Below, one piece after another: positions 50,510-63,006 of a stretch of 63,894 nt of DNA. Both the position numbers and the translations under genes were made by a program. The stretch's first letter is position 1, and each line of letters starts with the position of its first letter. Origin of the DNA: Octopus bimaculoides (taxonomy: Eukaryota); the NCBI RefSeq assembly GCF_001194135.2, contig NC_069007.1, positions 5,754,146 to 5,818,039 on the forward strand, read 5' to 3'. A model generated the notes under the pieces. That model was not told the DNA's origin. It made no database searches and worked only from the letters and a program-made list of their open reading frames with translations.

Positions 50510-51050
50510 GCAGTTGTTTTGGTAGAATCCTATTAATGTATTCTTAGATTATATCATAACATATGAGCCACCATCTTCAGGTAAAATTTGAAACAAGTAT
50601 CAAACAAGTGAGATAATTCCTTGACTACGATGAACCCAACCAACATTGTAGGATAAGTGACATTTTGAAAATAACATTCAACTTTATAGAGAAATTAGGA
50701 GTGGTTTTAACAGGTATCTGAGAAGTGTAGAGATTAAATGAATATATTATTTATCAAAATTAGTTTATAGCTGATACTGGTTATAGGAAATTACAAGAAT
50801 CATAGACATGCTGTAGCCATGGTTGTCCTTAAGGCTCTCATGACCAGTATCAGCTATAAACTAATTTAGATAAATAATATATTCGTTTGATCTCTTTACT
50901 TCTCGCATGCCTCTTAAACTCACTCGTTCTAAAGTCTCCGTAAATTCGAATATTATTGTCAAAATACCACTTATCCAACAATGTCGGTTGGATTTTTCAT
51001 GGACAAGGTATTATCTTACTTGTTTAAAATTTCATCTGAAGATGGTGGCG
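50510..51050. mobile_element. Large diverged inverted repeat (~225-bp arms), probably Penelope-derived
   Basis: About 50566-50790 pairs with 50835-51050. Each arm ends in ctgaagatggtggc. Confidence 0.7.
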
Positions 51051-51660
51051 TTATGATGTTGGTATACACGTCTGGTGTAAAATGGTATTATGCAAATAAA
51101 TAGTTGGTTGTGGTTATCTAAAAATAACCTTTTGCAGAAATATATGTTAACACAGAACTCACTCTGTTCTACTCAAACATAAGTACGATGCTCCTTATAT
51201 TTTATTTACAAATATTTGGAAACGGGAATGGATTCAATGCTGAACTGTTCTGATTATACACATATGGGGAGATGAACTAGGCAGAGAACCCCTTTGAATC
51301 GGATTTATAAGTGTAAACATTCGTATATGCTCCACTAGATGCGGACATTAAATGATGATGATGATGATGATATCTGTGTGTTAGTAATACCTTAACTTTT
51401 ACAGCCTTTCTCAGAATCTAATAAGTTGCATTGGATTGCTTTGAGATCAACTGTTACTGGAACGAATTGCTTTTACATCTGAGGAAGAGCATCCTGCATT
51501 AGAGCTCTGCCTGCAATGAATTACATTGGATTCATGTAATCATGGAAAAGTGAATGTTAAAACAAAGATTACAAAGATGATGATAGTCACACAATCACAC
51601 ACGCACACACACGGACATATACACGCACGCATATGCACAAATGTTCTCTGCAATGTGTAT

Positions 51661-51907
51661 TTACAATCCACAGGAGCTGCACCAGTCTTTTGTTCGTACG
51701 TAAAGTGTTAGCTCCACGTTCCGCCATTCTGGATTGATGTTATATTTAAATTCTAATGGTTCCAGATTTTCCCTCATAGTGTTAACCTCATGTCCAGCTG
51801 TCGTGGAATATTGCCAAATTCTAACATTCACCGAGGTCAGATTTACCGTTAATTGTTGAAATATGTTGGCTGGACTGCAACCAATACTGTTTCCGACATT
51901 GATGTAG
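51661..51907 (-). CDS. Candidate coding exon of an unknown protein
   Basis: Frame open over 51981-51661. The non-repetitive part reads YINVGNSIGCSPANIFQQLTVNLTSVNVRIWQYSTTAGHEVNTMRENLEPLEFKYNINPEWRNVELTLYVRTKDWCSSCGL*. CpGs are retained, but splice sites are weak. Confidence 0.35.
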
Positions 51908-52279
51908 TTGTTGTTGTTCTTCTTGTTGTTATTGTTTTTGTTGTGTTGTTGTTGTTTCTGTATTCGTTTGGACTTGTAACATTACTATGGCTATTATTAC
52001 TAATGTTATTGTTATTATTATTGTTAATTGTGTTAAGGTGGCAAAATGACAGAGTTGTTACCGCTCCGGGGAAAAATGCTTAGTGGCGTTTCTTCCAACT
52101 TTACATTGTGAGTTCAAATTCTGCTGAGGTCAACTTTGCCTTTCACCCTTTCAGAGTTGATAAAATAAAGTACCAGCTGAGTGCTGGGGGTTAATGTAAT
52201 TGACTTACCCCTCCCCAAACTTGCTGGCCTTATGCAAAAATTTGAAATCATTATTATTATTATTATCATAATTATTGTA

Positions 52280-52314
<35 letters not shown>

Positions 52315-52320
52315 CATAAA

Positions 52321-52492
52321 GGCGTAGGAGTGGCTGTGTGGTAAGTAACTTGCCTACGAACCACATGGTCCCGGGTTCAGTCCCACAGCGTGGCACCTTG
52401 GGCAAGTGTCTTCTACTGTAGCCTCGGGCCGACCAAAGCCTTGTGAGTGGATTTGGTAGACGGAAACTGAAAGAAGCCAGTCGTATATGGAA

Positions 52493-52526
<34 letters not shown>

Positions 52527-52727
52527 CTGTGTTTGTCCCCCCAACATCGCTTGACAACCGATGGTGGTGTGTTTATGTCACTGTAACTTAGCAGTTCGGC
52601 AAAAGACACTGATAGAATACGTACTAGGCTTACAAAGAATAAGTCCTGGGGTCGATTTGCTCGACTAAAGGCGGTGCTCCAGCATGGCCACAGTCAAATG
52701 ACTGAAACAAGTAAAAGAGTAAAGAGT
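52321..52727 (+). mobile_element. SINE family A, full length
   Basis: Matches family A end to end. Confidence 0.92.
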
Positions 52728-53808
52728 AATTGTTCGCAAGAATATAATTCCGTGAATTGTGAAAGAATTGAGATCAGTGACTACTCAAACAATGAAGCTC
52801 GAATAATAATAGACAGGATTTTGGATCTATTAAATACAGAAAGGGAAGAATTTATGTGCAACTTTAAGAAGGCTAACCAATGGAGACTAAATCAAGAGAT
52901 GAATGAAGTCAATCTTGTATTGAGACACATTGAAACAAAGAACATCACACAAACAAATAATCTTATCAAGGCTGCAAGTAGGATTGTGGCAGAAAGGATG
53001 GAATTGAGAATTACTGAGAACAGGACAGCGACGGAGAGAAGAGGAAATAAACAACCGTGGTGGAAAAGGAGAATTTCTGAAGATATAAACTCCTTGAATA
53101 GTGTAGTGCCAATATTTGTCAGGAAAAGAAATAGAGAGCTTAAGAATGAATGGAAATTTGAAAAAGTTAGAAAGAAGTATGGTGCAGATACAAAAGGCCT
53201 AAATGTTGTAATTGAAGAACTGAAGCAGTGCATCCGTACAAAAAAAAAAAAAAACTAACAAGATTTGAACAACAGATNNNNNNNNNNCAAATTGTTTAGA
53301 ATTGGCCAACAAAGATTTTATCAAGATATTAATGATGATAAAAAAAGTGAAAGATTAATCATTGATGCTGATGAAAGTCAACTGTTTTGGAGTAAGATAT
53401 GGAGTAAGCAAGAACAACATAATACCACAGCTGAATGGCTCTACAGCCTGAGGCAAACAGCTTCTTATCCCCAGCAAGAGGCTATCCACTTCACAGAAGA
53501 CAGTGTCAGAAAAATGAGTAAAAAGATAAGCAATTGGAAAGTAGCAGGACCTGATGGTGTACATGAATTTGGGATTATAAAGTTGAGTAGTTGCCATAAA
53601 TTGATCAATGGAGAAGAAGAAATCCTGGGTTGGTTGACAAGGAGGAATGGTGTTGTGCCGAAAAGATACATCAAAGGGAAATGTTGCTGACAATTACAGA
53701 ACAATTTCTTGCCTCCCATTAATGTGGAAGTTACTTTCAGGAGGAATTGCAGAAGAACTGTACAAATATCTTAAAGAGAACAATATATTACCAACAGAAA
53801 GGCAGTGA
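52728..53808 (+). pseudogene. R4/Dong-like non-LTR retrotransposon, N-terminal region and start of RT, decayed
   Basis: [79 protein letters not shown]. Frameshifts present; truncated early in RT. Confidence 0.85.
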
Positions 53809-54724
53809 GTTGGCATAGGTACGTATAAAAACAAATTAGCATATTAATATTATTGATAATGATAATCCTTTCTTCTACAGGCACAAGGCCTGAATTTTGT
53901 GGGAAGGAGGATACTTGATCACATCGACCCCAGTACTCCACAGGTACTTAATTTATCGACCCCGAAAGAATGAAAGGCAAAGTTGACCTAGGCAGAATTT
54001 GAACTCAGAATGTTGGGGCAGACAAATTACTGCAAAGCATTTCACCTGGTGTGCTAACGATTATGCCAGCTCACTGCCTTAATAATAATAATGATAATAA
54101 CAGTAATGATAATAATAATAATAATCCTTTCTACAAAAGGCACAAAGCTTGAAATTTTGGGAGAGGGGACTAATCAAATACACCAACCCCAGTGTTTCAC
54201 TGGTACTTAATTTATCGACCCTAAAAAGATGAAAGGTAAAGTCCACCACAGCGGAATTTGAACTCTGAATGTAGCCACAAACAAAATGCCGCTAAGCATT
54301 TTGCCAGGCATACTAATGATTCTGCTAACTTGCTGCCTTTATATCAATAATAACAATAATAACAACAACAACAATAATTTCTTTCAGTATATTTTATATT
54401 GATATATATTAATATAATCCAGAATTTATTGTGATGTAGTTTAATAATATATAACCTAAAAATATAATATAGCATTATTATATTGTCATGTTTTTAATAT
54501 TTAAAAGGAAAGGAATGCAAGGTAATGAATTGTTTTACACTCATATGAAGAGATTTAGATAGAAATATATGCATAGTAATATAAATATATATATGCGTGT
54601 GTGCATGTGTATATGTGTATATATTTGTGTGGTGCGTGTGTGTATGTATATGTGTGTTTATGTACATATATATGTCTATATATCTAGAAATATATGTCAC
54701 TAAACATACATACATAAATACATG

Positions 54725-54778
<54 letters not shown>

Positions 54779-54812
54779 CACCCATATAAATGTATAAATA
54801 TATATTTATATT

Positions 54813-56061
54813 TGTCAGGTCATTAAGAATGAAATGCCCAATTTTCTTATGCATTAAGTTTGATAGTCATTAATTCTAATGTTTTATCCTGACAGTTCTT
54901 TCTTTTACAACATTGAAGAGTTACATCATCACTTTTCGAAATGCAATTCATGTTGTCAGATTATATTGTGAGTTTTCTCTTGTAAATCCAGTTTTTTTAA
55001 CCCAAGGATAGATCAAAAATTCATATTGTTTATGAATGTGAATTCCATCATGGAACCACTGTATCCCAAACAGCTCGAAACATCAATGAGGTGTTTGGGG
55101 AAGATGTGGCGAATGAGTGCACTGTGCATCGATGGTTTGAAAAGTTCCACTCTGGTGACTTTACTCTTGAAAATCAGCCCCATTGTAGACCTGCAACCAA
55201 GGTGGATAATGATGAGGTGGAAACTGTAGTGGAAGCAAATACATCTCAAGCTATGCGTGAGTTAGCAGCAAGGTTTGATGTTTCGAGTCCAAGTGTATTG
55301 GACCATCTGAAACAAATCAACAAGGTAAAGAAGCTGGATAAAAGGGTACCACACGAACTGAACAAGCATCAAATGACATGCCATCTTGAAACTTGCTCTT
55401 TGCTATCATGGCCATTTTTGCATTGTATTGTTACGTGTAATGAAAAATGGATTCTTTCCAATTATAGCAAACATTCTGCACAGTGGTTGGATAGAGGCAA
55501 AGTGCCAAAACACAATCCAAAACAGAATATTTACCAAAAAGAGCTAATGGTGTCATCCACTACAACTTCATGTGATCTGGTAGGTCAATTACAACGGATG
55601 TATACATAAACTAATTGGAAGAAATAATGAGTGAACTTTCAATTAAACAACTGAGATTGTTCAATTGAGACAGGCCAATTCTCTTGCAAAACAATGCTCA
55701 ACCACATGTTGCACAAAGAACGCTACTCAAATTACAGGAACTGTACTTGGAAGTACTCTGTCATCCACCATATTCACCAGACCTTGCACCAACTGACTGT
55801 CACATTTTCCAGGCATTAGACAACTTTTTGTAGGTGAAAAACTTCAAATCTGAAGAAGATGCAAAAACAATCTTTCATGATTTCATCACCTCTTACTCTC
55901 CAGAATTCTTCACTGCTGCCATAAATAAGCTACCGATAAAATGGCAAAATTGTGTTGATAATTTAGGTGCATACTTTGATTAACTGCATTGTTTTTTGTT
56001 GAGATAAAGAAAAAGAAAATTTCAGTTCAAAATCAGACATTTCATTCTTAATGACCTGATA
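54813..56061 (+). mobile_element. Full-length decayed mariner DNA transposon
   Basis: Perfect 22-bp TIR core tcaggtcattaagaatgaaatg at 54815-54836 and its inverse at 56038-56059. About 1.25 kb, in TA-rich flanks. Confidence 0.95.
55004..55983 (+). pseudogene. Mariner DD34D transposase pseudogene
   Basis: HTH TARNINEVFGEDVANECTVHRWFEKF, RVPHEL, TCNEKW, QNNAQPH, PPYSPDLAPTD with 34-residue spacing. The start codon appears lost; frameshifts and an internal TAG are present. Confidence 0.95.
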
Positions 56062-56419
56062 TATATATATGTGTGTGTGGTGTGTATGCTTTTATTTCGT
56101 GGTTTGAATTATTGGAGTAGGTGGTGCATTGTGTTCTCACATTGTTCTGCGATCACTTAAACACTTAACGTGTGATACACCATACACCTGTTCAAGCAAC
56201 ATCGATTAAACGGAGAAACAAGTCATCTTTGCAGGTTATTTAGTAAAAAAGTCTATAACCAACTCTCTCGGACTATAAGAGACTAGCATCATATGTGTAT
56301 GTATGTGCTTCTCTTTTTCTTTTTTTTTAATTATTTGAATTCTTCGTCTGAGGAAGAAGCTGGTTTCTAACTCTCTTACAAAGCTCCATAGATGGAATGT
56401 TGATAAGAAAAATGAATTC

Positions 56420-56748
56420 ACATTTTAAATTTGAGAAAAGTCTTGCAAATGTTTACTGTTCCACTTACAGATTGTATAAGTAATGTGCAAGTTCTCTGGC
56501 TGGTTTGTTTTCCTGAATACTTTAGTTTTTCTTGATTGTCACTAAGATATTTACTCAGAAAACCAAGTGCACCAGTTATTACTGGTATAAACGTGAAATT
56601 AATAATCAAGATATAGAAGCTGAAAGTTTCAAAGCAGTTGTCCATAGTCAACTTCTTTTTTGTTGATTTTTGAAGAAATATTCACATCAAAAGGGCAGCT
56701 GACCTCTATGATGGTACATACTTTTTCTTGTGTTTCCCATATAACAAT
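56420..56748 (-). pseudogene. R4/Dong-like restriction-like endonuclease C-terminal fragment
   Basis: NIVIWETQEKVCTIIEVSCPFDVNISSKINKKEVDYGQLL*..FTFIPVITGALGFLSKYLSDNQEKL, a PD-(D/E)xK region. Confidence 0.8.
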
Positions 56749-57141
56749 GTTGTTGTTGTTATTGGCACTCCATCGCTTATGACGTCGAGGGTTCCAGTTG
56801 ATCCAATCAACGGAACAACCTGCTCGTGAAATTAACATGCAAGTGGCTGAGCACTCCACAGACACGTGTACCCTTAACGTAGTTCTCGGGGATATTCAGC
56901 GTGACACAGTGTAACAAGGCTGACACTTTGAATTACAGGCACAACAGAAACAGGAAGTAAGAGTGAGAGAAAGTTGTGGTGAAAGAGTACAGCAGGGTTT
57001 GCCACCATCCCCTGCCGGAGTCTCGTAGAGCTTTAGGTGTTTTCGCTCAATAAACACTCACAACGCCTGGTCTGGGAATCGAAACTGTGATCCTATGACC
57101 GCGAGTCCGCTGCTCTAACTACTGGGCCATTGCGCCTCCAC
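56749..57141 (-). mobile_element. SINE family B, full length
   Basis: Reverse complement of 47737-48123. Confidence 0.92.
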
Positions 57142-57769
57142 TAAGGTCGTCTTGAGAGTGGGGTGATCTCTATATAATGCTTGTGGGTTGGATGCAAACT
57201 TGCAATACATAAAAGATTGTTAAAAAATTTGTCTATGGCAGAGGAGATTTTTGTTCAATGTTCTGAGTTCATGCTTTAGAATAATTAACCTTCTTTCAAA
57301 AGCTCAGAGCAAAGAGTCACCATAGAGTTTTGTAATGTGTGAACATGATTGCAAACCCTGGTATCACCACCTGTAACGCAGAAGAGAGAAAAATATATAA
57401 ATACAGGGGCCTGACCAGCAGCTATTAGTTTGTGCCAGTCACTGTCAAGACCTCAGGTGTTCTAGGACCCTGTTCTACCAATTTCTTCTGCAAAATCAGA
57501 ATAACCCTGATCCATCTGAGAAATGAGCCCCACAAAGTGGGGTGACTGCAGCAGTGAGTTCTGCTGGCCCTTCTTCACAACAGCACCATTGCAGTTTTGA
57601 CCGTAGAACACAGCAGGTCACAGCATTTGTTCTGAAGTGTGTGGCCCTTTACCCCTTCCCTCTACATCTTCTGCTGCTTAAACTCCATTTTTTCCCCTAT
57701 TTCTTCTCTTTTTCTCTTTCTTTGTTTCTTTATAATTTAAAATGTGGGTGCCACATAAAAGCAATTATG

Positions 57770-58100
57770 CCAGTACTATGTTAAAGGCACCCAACACACA
57801 CTGTAAAGTGTTTGGCATTAGGAAGGGCATCCAGCAGTAGAAACCATTCCAAATTAGACTGGAATCTGGTGCAGCTCCTCAGCTGGTCAGCTCTGGTCAA
57901 TCAGTCCAATCCATGCTAGAATGGACAAACAGACTGCAATCTGGTGCAGCTTCCCAGTTTGCGAGCTCTGGTCAAATGGTCCAACCCATGCTAGCATGGA
58001 CAAACAGACAGGAATCTGGTGCAGCTCTCCAGCTTGGTAGCTCTGCTCAAACAGTCCAACCCATGCTAGCATGGACAAACAGAGGTTAAAGAATGAAGAT
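57770..58100 (+). mobile_element. Family D SINE with a triplicated ~74-bp tail unit
   Basis: gaatctggtgcagct...ccaa(c/t)ccatgctag(c/a)atggacaaaca occurs three times. Confidence 0.85.
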
Positions 58101-58149
58101 GATGAGTTTTGTTAATTTTTATATTCTACGTATTTACATTTTCTTATCC

Positions 58150-58950
58150 TCATTAACCAGCGAATACAATAGGAGAGACTGGTGATGTTTTCTTCAAGTT
58201 TTGCTTTCCATCTCAATTGCTTTCATTTCGTAATTCCATTACCATGTATATTGCAGATTTCTCCTAAGTGTTCTTTAAGAGCAATAACAGCCGTGTATTC
58301 AAAAGTAAATAATATTCCCGTAATTACCACCATATGATTCTATGTGCTCTTCAGTGACATTGTCGGAAACTTTTAACATTAGAGCTGTTGAAATTTTTAT
58401 GCAATCTTGTTGAGGTTGACCTTTTGCTCGATGGTAGTTGCAACAGTAGAAAAGTTTTCTGCAAACTATAGTTTCAAGATATTCCGGAATTGAATATATT
58501 CTTCAGTTGTCTCTGTCAACTTAATTACATTTGCAGTTACACAATAATCTAATGATAATAGTGGTGGTTTGTTTAAATTATTAGCTATCTCTCTTATTGC
58601 CAATTTTGGCCAGTGGTTTGAGATCAGTTAGCACCAGAAAAGCAAGCCTGGTTTTATTTATTTTTTTTATTCAAGAAAGACACTTGTTGCAGAAGCTGTT
58701 TTGCCATAAAGGCATTTAAGATGGAGTGAACTTCATGCCAATAATTTTCAAGCTGCTTTTTCAAGCCAATAGAAGGATTAACAAAAGCATTTTTTCATTG
58801 CACTAAAATAGATCAGGCTTTAGATATATAAACCATGTAAAAGGAGAGGAGAACTTGTACCTTCTTAAATAGCTTACTGGTGCTTCAGTACTGTTTCCAT
58901 TCATGATGTTGATGTTAGTTTCAGTCATAACCACACTAGCAGAATTCTAC
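58150..58950 (-). pseudogene. R4/Dong-like ORF N-terminal region, heavily decayed
   Basis: FVNPSIGLKKQLENYWHEVHSILNAFMAKQLLQQ.. and TAVIALKEHLG..K*KQLRWKAKLEENITSL, positionally similar to 52900-53100. Confidence 0.55.
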
Positions 58951-59908
58951 ATGGTATAAAAGCATCCTTGTCAAGCCCTATGAACTCATAAGGACTCGTA
59001 TATATTTTCTCCCTGGATGAGACTCCAGCCTGTCACAGGTTACTTCACCTTTGCAAGCTGAGTGGATTGGAGCAATCTGAAATGAAGTGTTTTGCTCAAG
59101 AACACAATGCATTTCCCAGTCCAGGAAATGAAACCACAATTTTACAATCAAGAGTCAAACATCTTAACCATGAAGCCACATGATTCCACAATGGTACAAG
59201 GAATATTTTTTTAAAATCGTGTCTGAATAGCACTACATGGGTATGTAGAAGGTGCTTCTCATTTATAATTGGAGAAATAAACCAGTTATTGATTTAACCT
59301 GGAAGAGTTCGTGTGTATATACATATGTATATATGACTGCATGAATGGAGGCATGTGTATATATAAGCAATGGCCTTCTAGATATTGTTATTCAACCAAA
59401 TGCTACTTCAAAGACTTTGGTCAAACCCAAGACTTGCATTAGAAGATAGAAAATGGAATCAAACACGAAGCCACATGCCAGCAAACCAAAGTTCTTCACC
59501 ACAGAGTCTTGTCTGCACCTGGTGCTGTTTGTTTAATCTGATTCTTTGAACACATTCCCATCAAAAGTTAAACATAACAAAACTCTTTTAGTGATAAGAT
59601 AAATATACCCTTTCACAATTAGATCTTTACATAAAATAGCTACACATTTATATGTATGTGTTTGTGTGTGTATGTGTGTGTATGTAAGTCTACACACATA
59701 TATATATATATATAACACGCTCACATATATATACATGCATGCACAAACACATATACAGACACACATATATATATTATGTGTATGCATATATATATATATA
59801 CGTGTGTGTGTGTGTGTGTGTGTGTATGTCTACACATATATATATAACGCGCTCACATATATATACATGCATGCACAAACACATATACACACACACACAT
59901 ATATATAT

Positions 59909-59947
<39 letters not shown>

Positions 59948-59973
59948 CTACACGTATATATATACATGTATAT

Positions 59974-60019
<46 letters not shown>

Positions 60020-60870
60020 TCACACACATATACACATACACACACACATACATATACACATATGTGTATATATATTTATGTATATGTATGTATGTATAGA
60101 CATACCTAGAAAGTGAATATTTGTTTAAACATGCAAACTTTCATGTTTATAGAGTATATCTCTACAAACACTCCAAAGAAATAAAGTAAACAAATTGACA
60201 TTTGATCCTAGCTGAAGCCATTATTAAAATGGTGTGAAAATCTGTGGCATTGGCGAAAGTGGATGGTTAAGAAATTAGTTCCGAGCTGCATGGTTTCAGG
60301 TTCAATTCTTATTCTAAAGCACCTTGGGTAAGTCTTTTCATAATCTAGCTTCTAGTTTACCAATATGACTTTGTAAATAGAATCCAGTTTGGTAAATGGA
60401 AACTGTGCAAATGCTTGTGTATGTGTGCATGTGCGTGTGTGTGTGTGTGTGTGTATATCTATATATCATCAGCATCATCATCATCATTTAGCATCCTTTT
60501 GCTTCATAATCATCATCATCATTGTCGTTTAGTGTCCATTTTCCATGTTAGCACCAGACCTCAGTTTGTTTCGGCTTAGTTTCTATGGCTGGAAGCCCTT
60601 CCTAATGCCGACCATTCAACAGAGTGTACTGAGTGCCTTTTATGTGTCCTGAGAGAATAAATAGCAGACTTGAAAAAAGTCAATAAGCACCAGTATCAAT
60701 TTGTTCAACTGAAAAACTCTTGAAGGTGGTGCCCCAGCATGGTCACAGTTAATTGACTAATACAAGTAAAAGATGAAAGAAAGAAAAGAAAAACGAAGAG
60801 GAAAGATCCTTACTTTGAAACAATTCTGTTGAATGGTACTATGACCTTGATAAGAACAGACCCATTCAAG

Positions 60871-61254
60871 GTTGTTGTTGGCAGTCCGTCGCTTATGACG
60901 TCGAGGGTTCCAGTTGATCCGATCAACGGAACAACCTGCTCGTGAAATTAATGTGCAAGTGGCTGAGCACTCCACAGACACGTGTACCCTTAACGCAGTT
61001 CTCGGGGATATTCAGCGTGACACAGTGTGACAAGGCTGACCCTTTGAATTACAGGCACAACAGGAAGAGGAAGTAAGAGTGAGAGAAAGTTGTGGTGAAA
61101 GAGTACAGCAGGGTTCGCCACCATCCTCTGCCGGAGCCTCGTGGAGCTTTAGGTGTTTTCGCTCAATAAAAACTCACAACGCCCGGTCTGGGAATCGAAA
61201 CCACGATCCTATGACCACGAGTCTGCTGCCCTAACCACTGGGCCATTGCGCCTC
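60871..61254 (-). mobile_element. SINE family B, full length
   Basis: Direct match. Confidence 0.92.
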
Positions 61255-62057
61255 TATTCACTCAAGGTAGAATTGTCAGATATTGCATTGTTTCTTTGGC
61301 ATGCACCTGATGTCTATTGTTCATTTTTCAGAGCATAAATAAATAATGACCAGCTAATTGCAAGAATACATAATTACTCAGATGATAGCAGCATTTTACC
61401 TTTGGATATACTAATTCAAATTAGATATGCTTTGACAAAACCAAATGTTAGCAGTGGTCAGTCTTTTGGCTCAACAATAAAGATAACAAACCTTATGATG
61501 TTGACAGCGAGCTTGCTTTATTGATGCTAAGACATATATTTTCGCAAGTTAATGACGTGCAAGCTAGATATCACAGTATAAGATTTTCTGAAGCTGCTAA
61601 CCTTGTGAAAGATAAACACCAAAGATGAAAGTGGATTGGTGAGTATTGAGTGCTCGACATGACATTTCTTATGTTGTGGAGTGGGGTGAATATCTCTTTT
61701 GGAAATGAAAGCAGATGATGAAGAATATGGTTGGATGAATGCAACTGTTGTCCTCTGCTTCTCGACTTATGTTTTAATAATGAAGACAGGTGCAGTTCTT
61801 AAGACTTGCTGAGTCAACTCAACACACAGCAGATGACTACCATTCTACACGGACACATACACACACATACATACACTTACATACACATTCACTCTATCTC
61901 TCTGTCTTTTTCTCTTTATACTGGTATTTCCAAAAAGTTTTATATATTCCTATTTTATATATTATTCCTTTAGTATTTTCAACTAGAGGTTGTGTCCATT
62001 CTGGAGCACCACCATTATGTGTGTGTGAATACACACACACACACACACACACACATA

Positions 62058-62273
62058 TGAGGGGGTGCTGAAAAGTTCTTGGTTTTGGGTAAAAGAAAAT
62101 ACAGGAGGATCAGTTAATTATGATTTTATTCAAAATATTCCCCTCTCAGATTCACATCATTATTGCCAAAATCCTTAATATTTCCTAAACCCTGTAAAAG
62201 AACTTGAAAGGTTTAGCCTCCAACCATGCCTTTCATGACACCATTAAAGCCAGGAACTTTTCAGCACCCCATC

Positions 62274-62274
<1 letters not shown>
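62058..62274. mobile_element. Mariner-type MITE with TA target-site duplication
   Basis: TA|tgagggggtgctgaaaagttcttgg ... ccaggaacttttcagcaccccatca|TA; 217 bp. Confidence 0.88.
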
Positions 62275-62314
<40 letters not shown>

Positions 62315-62850
62315 TGTGTGTGTGTGTGTGTGTATGTTTGTGTGTGATTTGTGTGTGTGTGTGTGCAAATGTATATGTATATATATAAATGTATGTGTAT
62401 TTTTTCAATGTGTACAAATAACACGGAAAAAAATAAATGAATAGTTATGAGGGTAGCAAAAATTCACATAAGGGCCAAGGATATTACAACCTATTTATAA
62501 AGATAGAAATTCCAGGGTTTAGTGAAATGTTTTCGTTTAACATAGATAAATTAAGAAATGGAGTCAAACACAAGTATTATTCAAATCATTTATGCTTCCA
62601 ACATATGTTTCGAAGAAAGCATTAAGATTATACCAGAGGAAATAAAAATGATGTAGAACAATGCAATCATCTTATCAGGGAAAAACGAGAAACAAAATAC
62701 ATCAATAAAGCATTTTAACCAAATGTGATTACCGCGTATATGATGAAGGGGAAAGCTAGCAAGTTATTTTTTAAAATCTGTTAATAGATTTAATGTCAAA
62801 GGTAATTTAGAGAAAGAGAAGGAAGAGAAAGAAAGAAATTAATAGAAAAT

Positions 62851-62979
62851 TAGGAGTGGAAGAATGAAGTGTGATAGATGAATGGGAATAAAGTTCCCAT
62901 AGTTTATTAACATAGTTTATTATGTTCATAAGGGAACTTTATTCCCATTCATCTATCACACTGTATTCTTCTACTCTTA
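62851..62979. repeat. Hairpin with a perfect 31-bp stem and a 33-nt loop
   Basis: 62868-62898 is the exact reverse complement of 62932-62962, with an imperfect extension of about 17 bp. Confidence 0.95.
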
Positions 62980-63006
62980 ATCTTACCATCATGGGACAGT
63001 GTGTGT

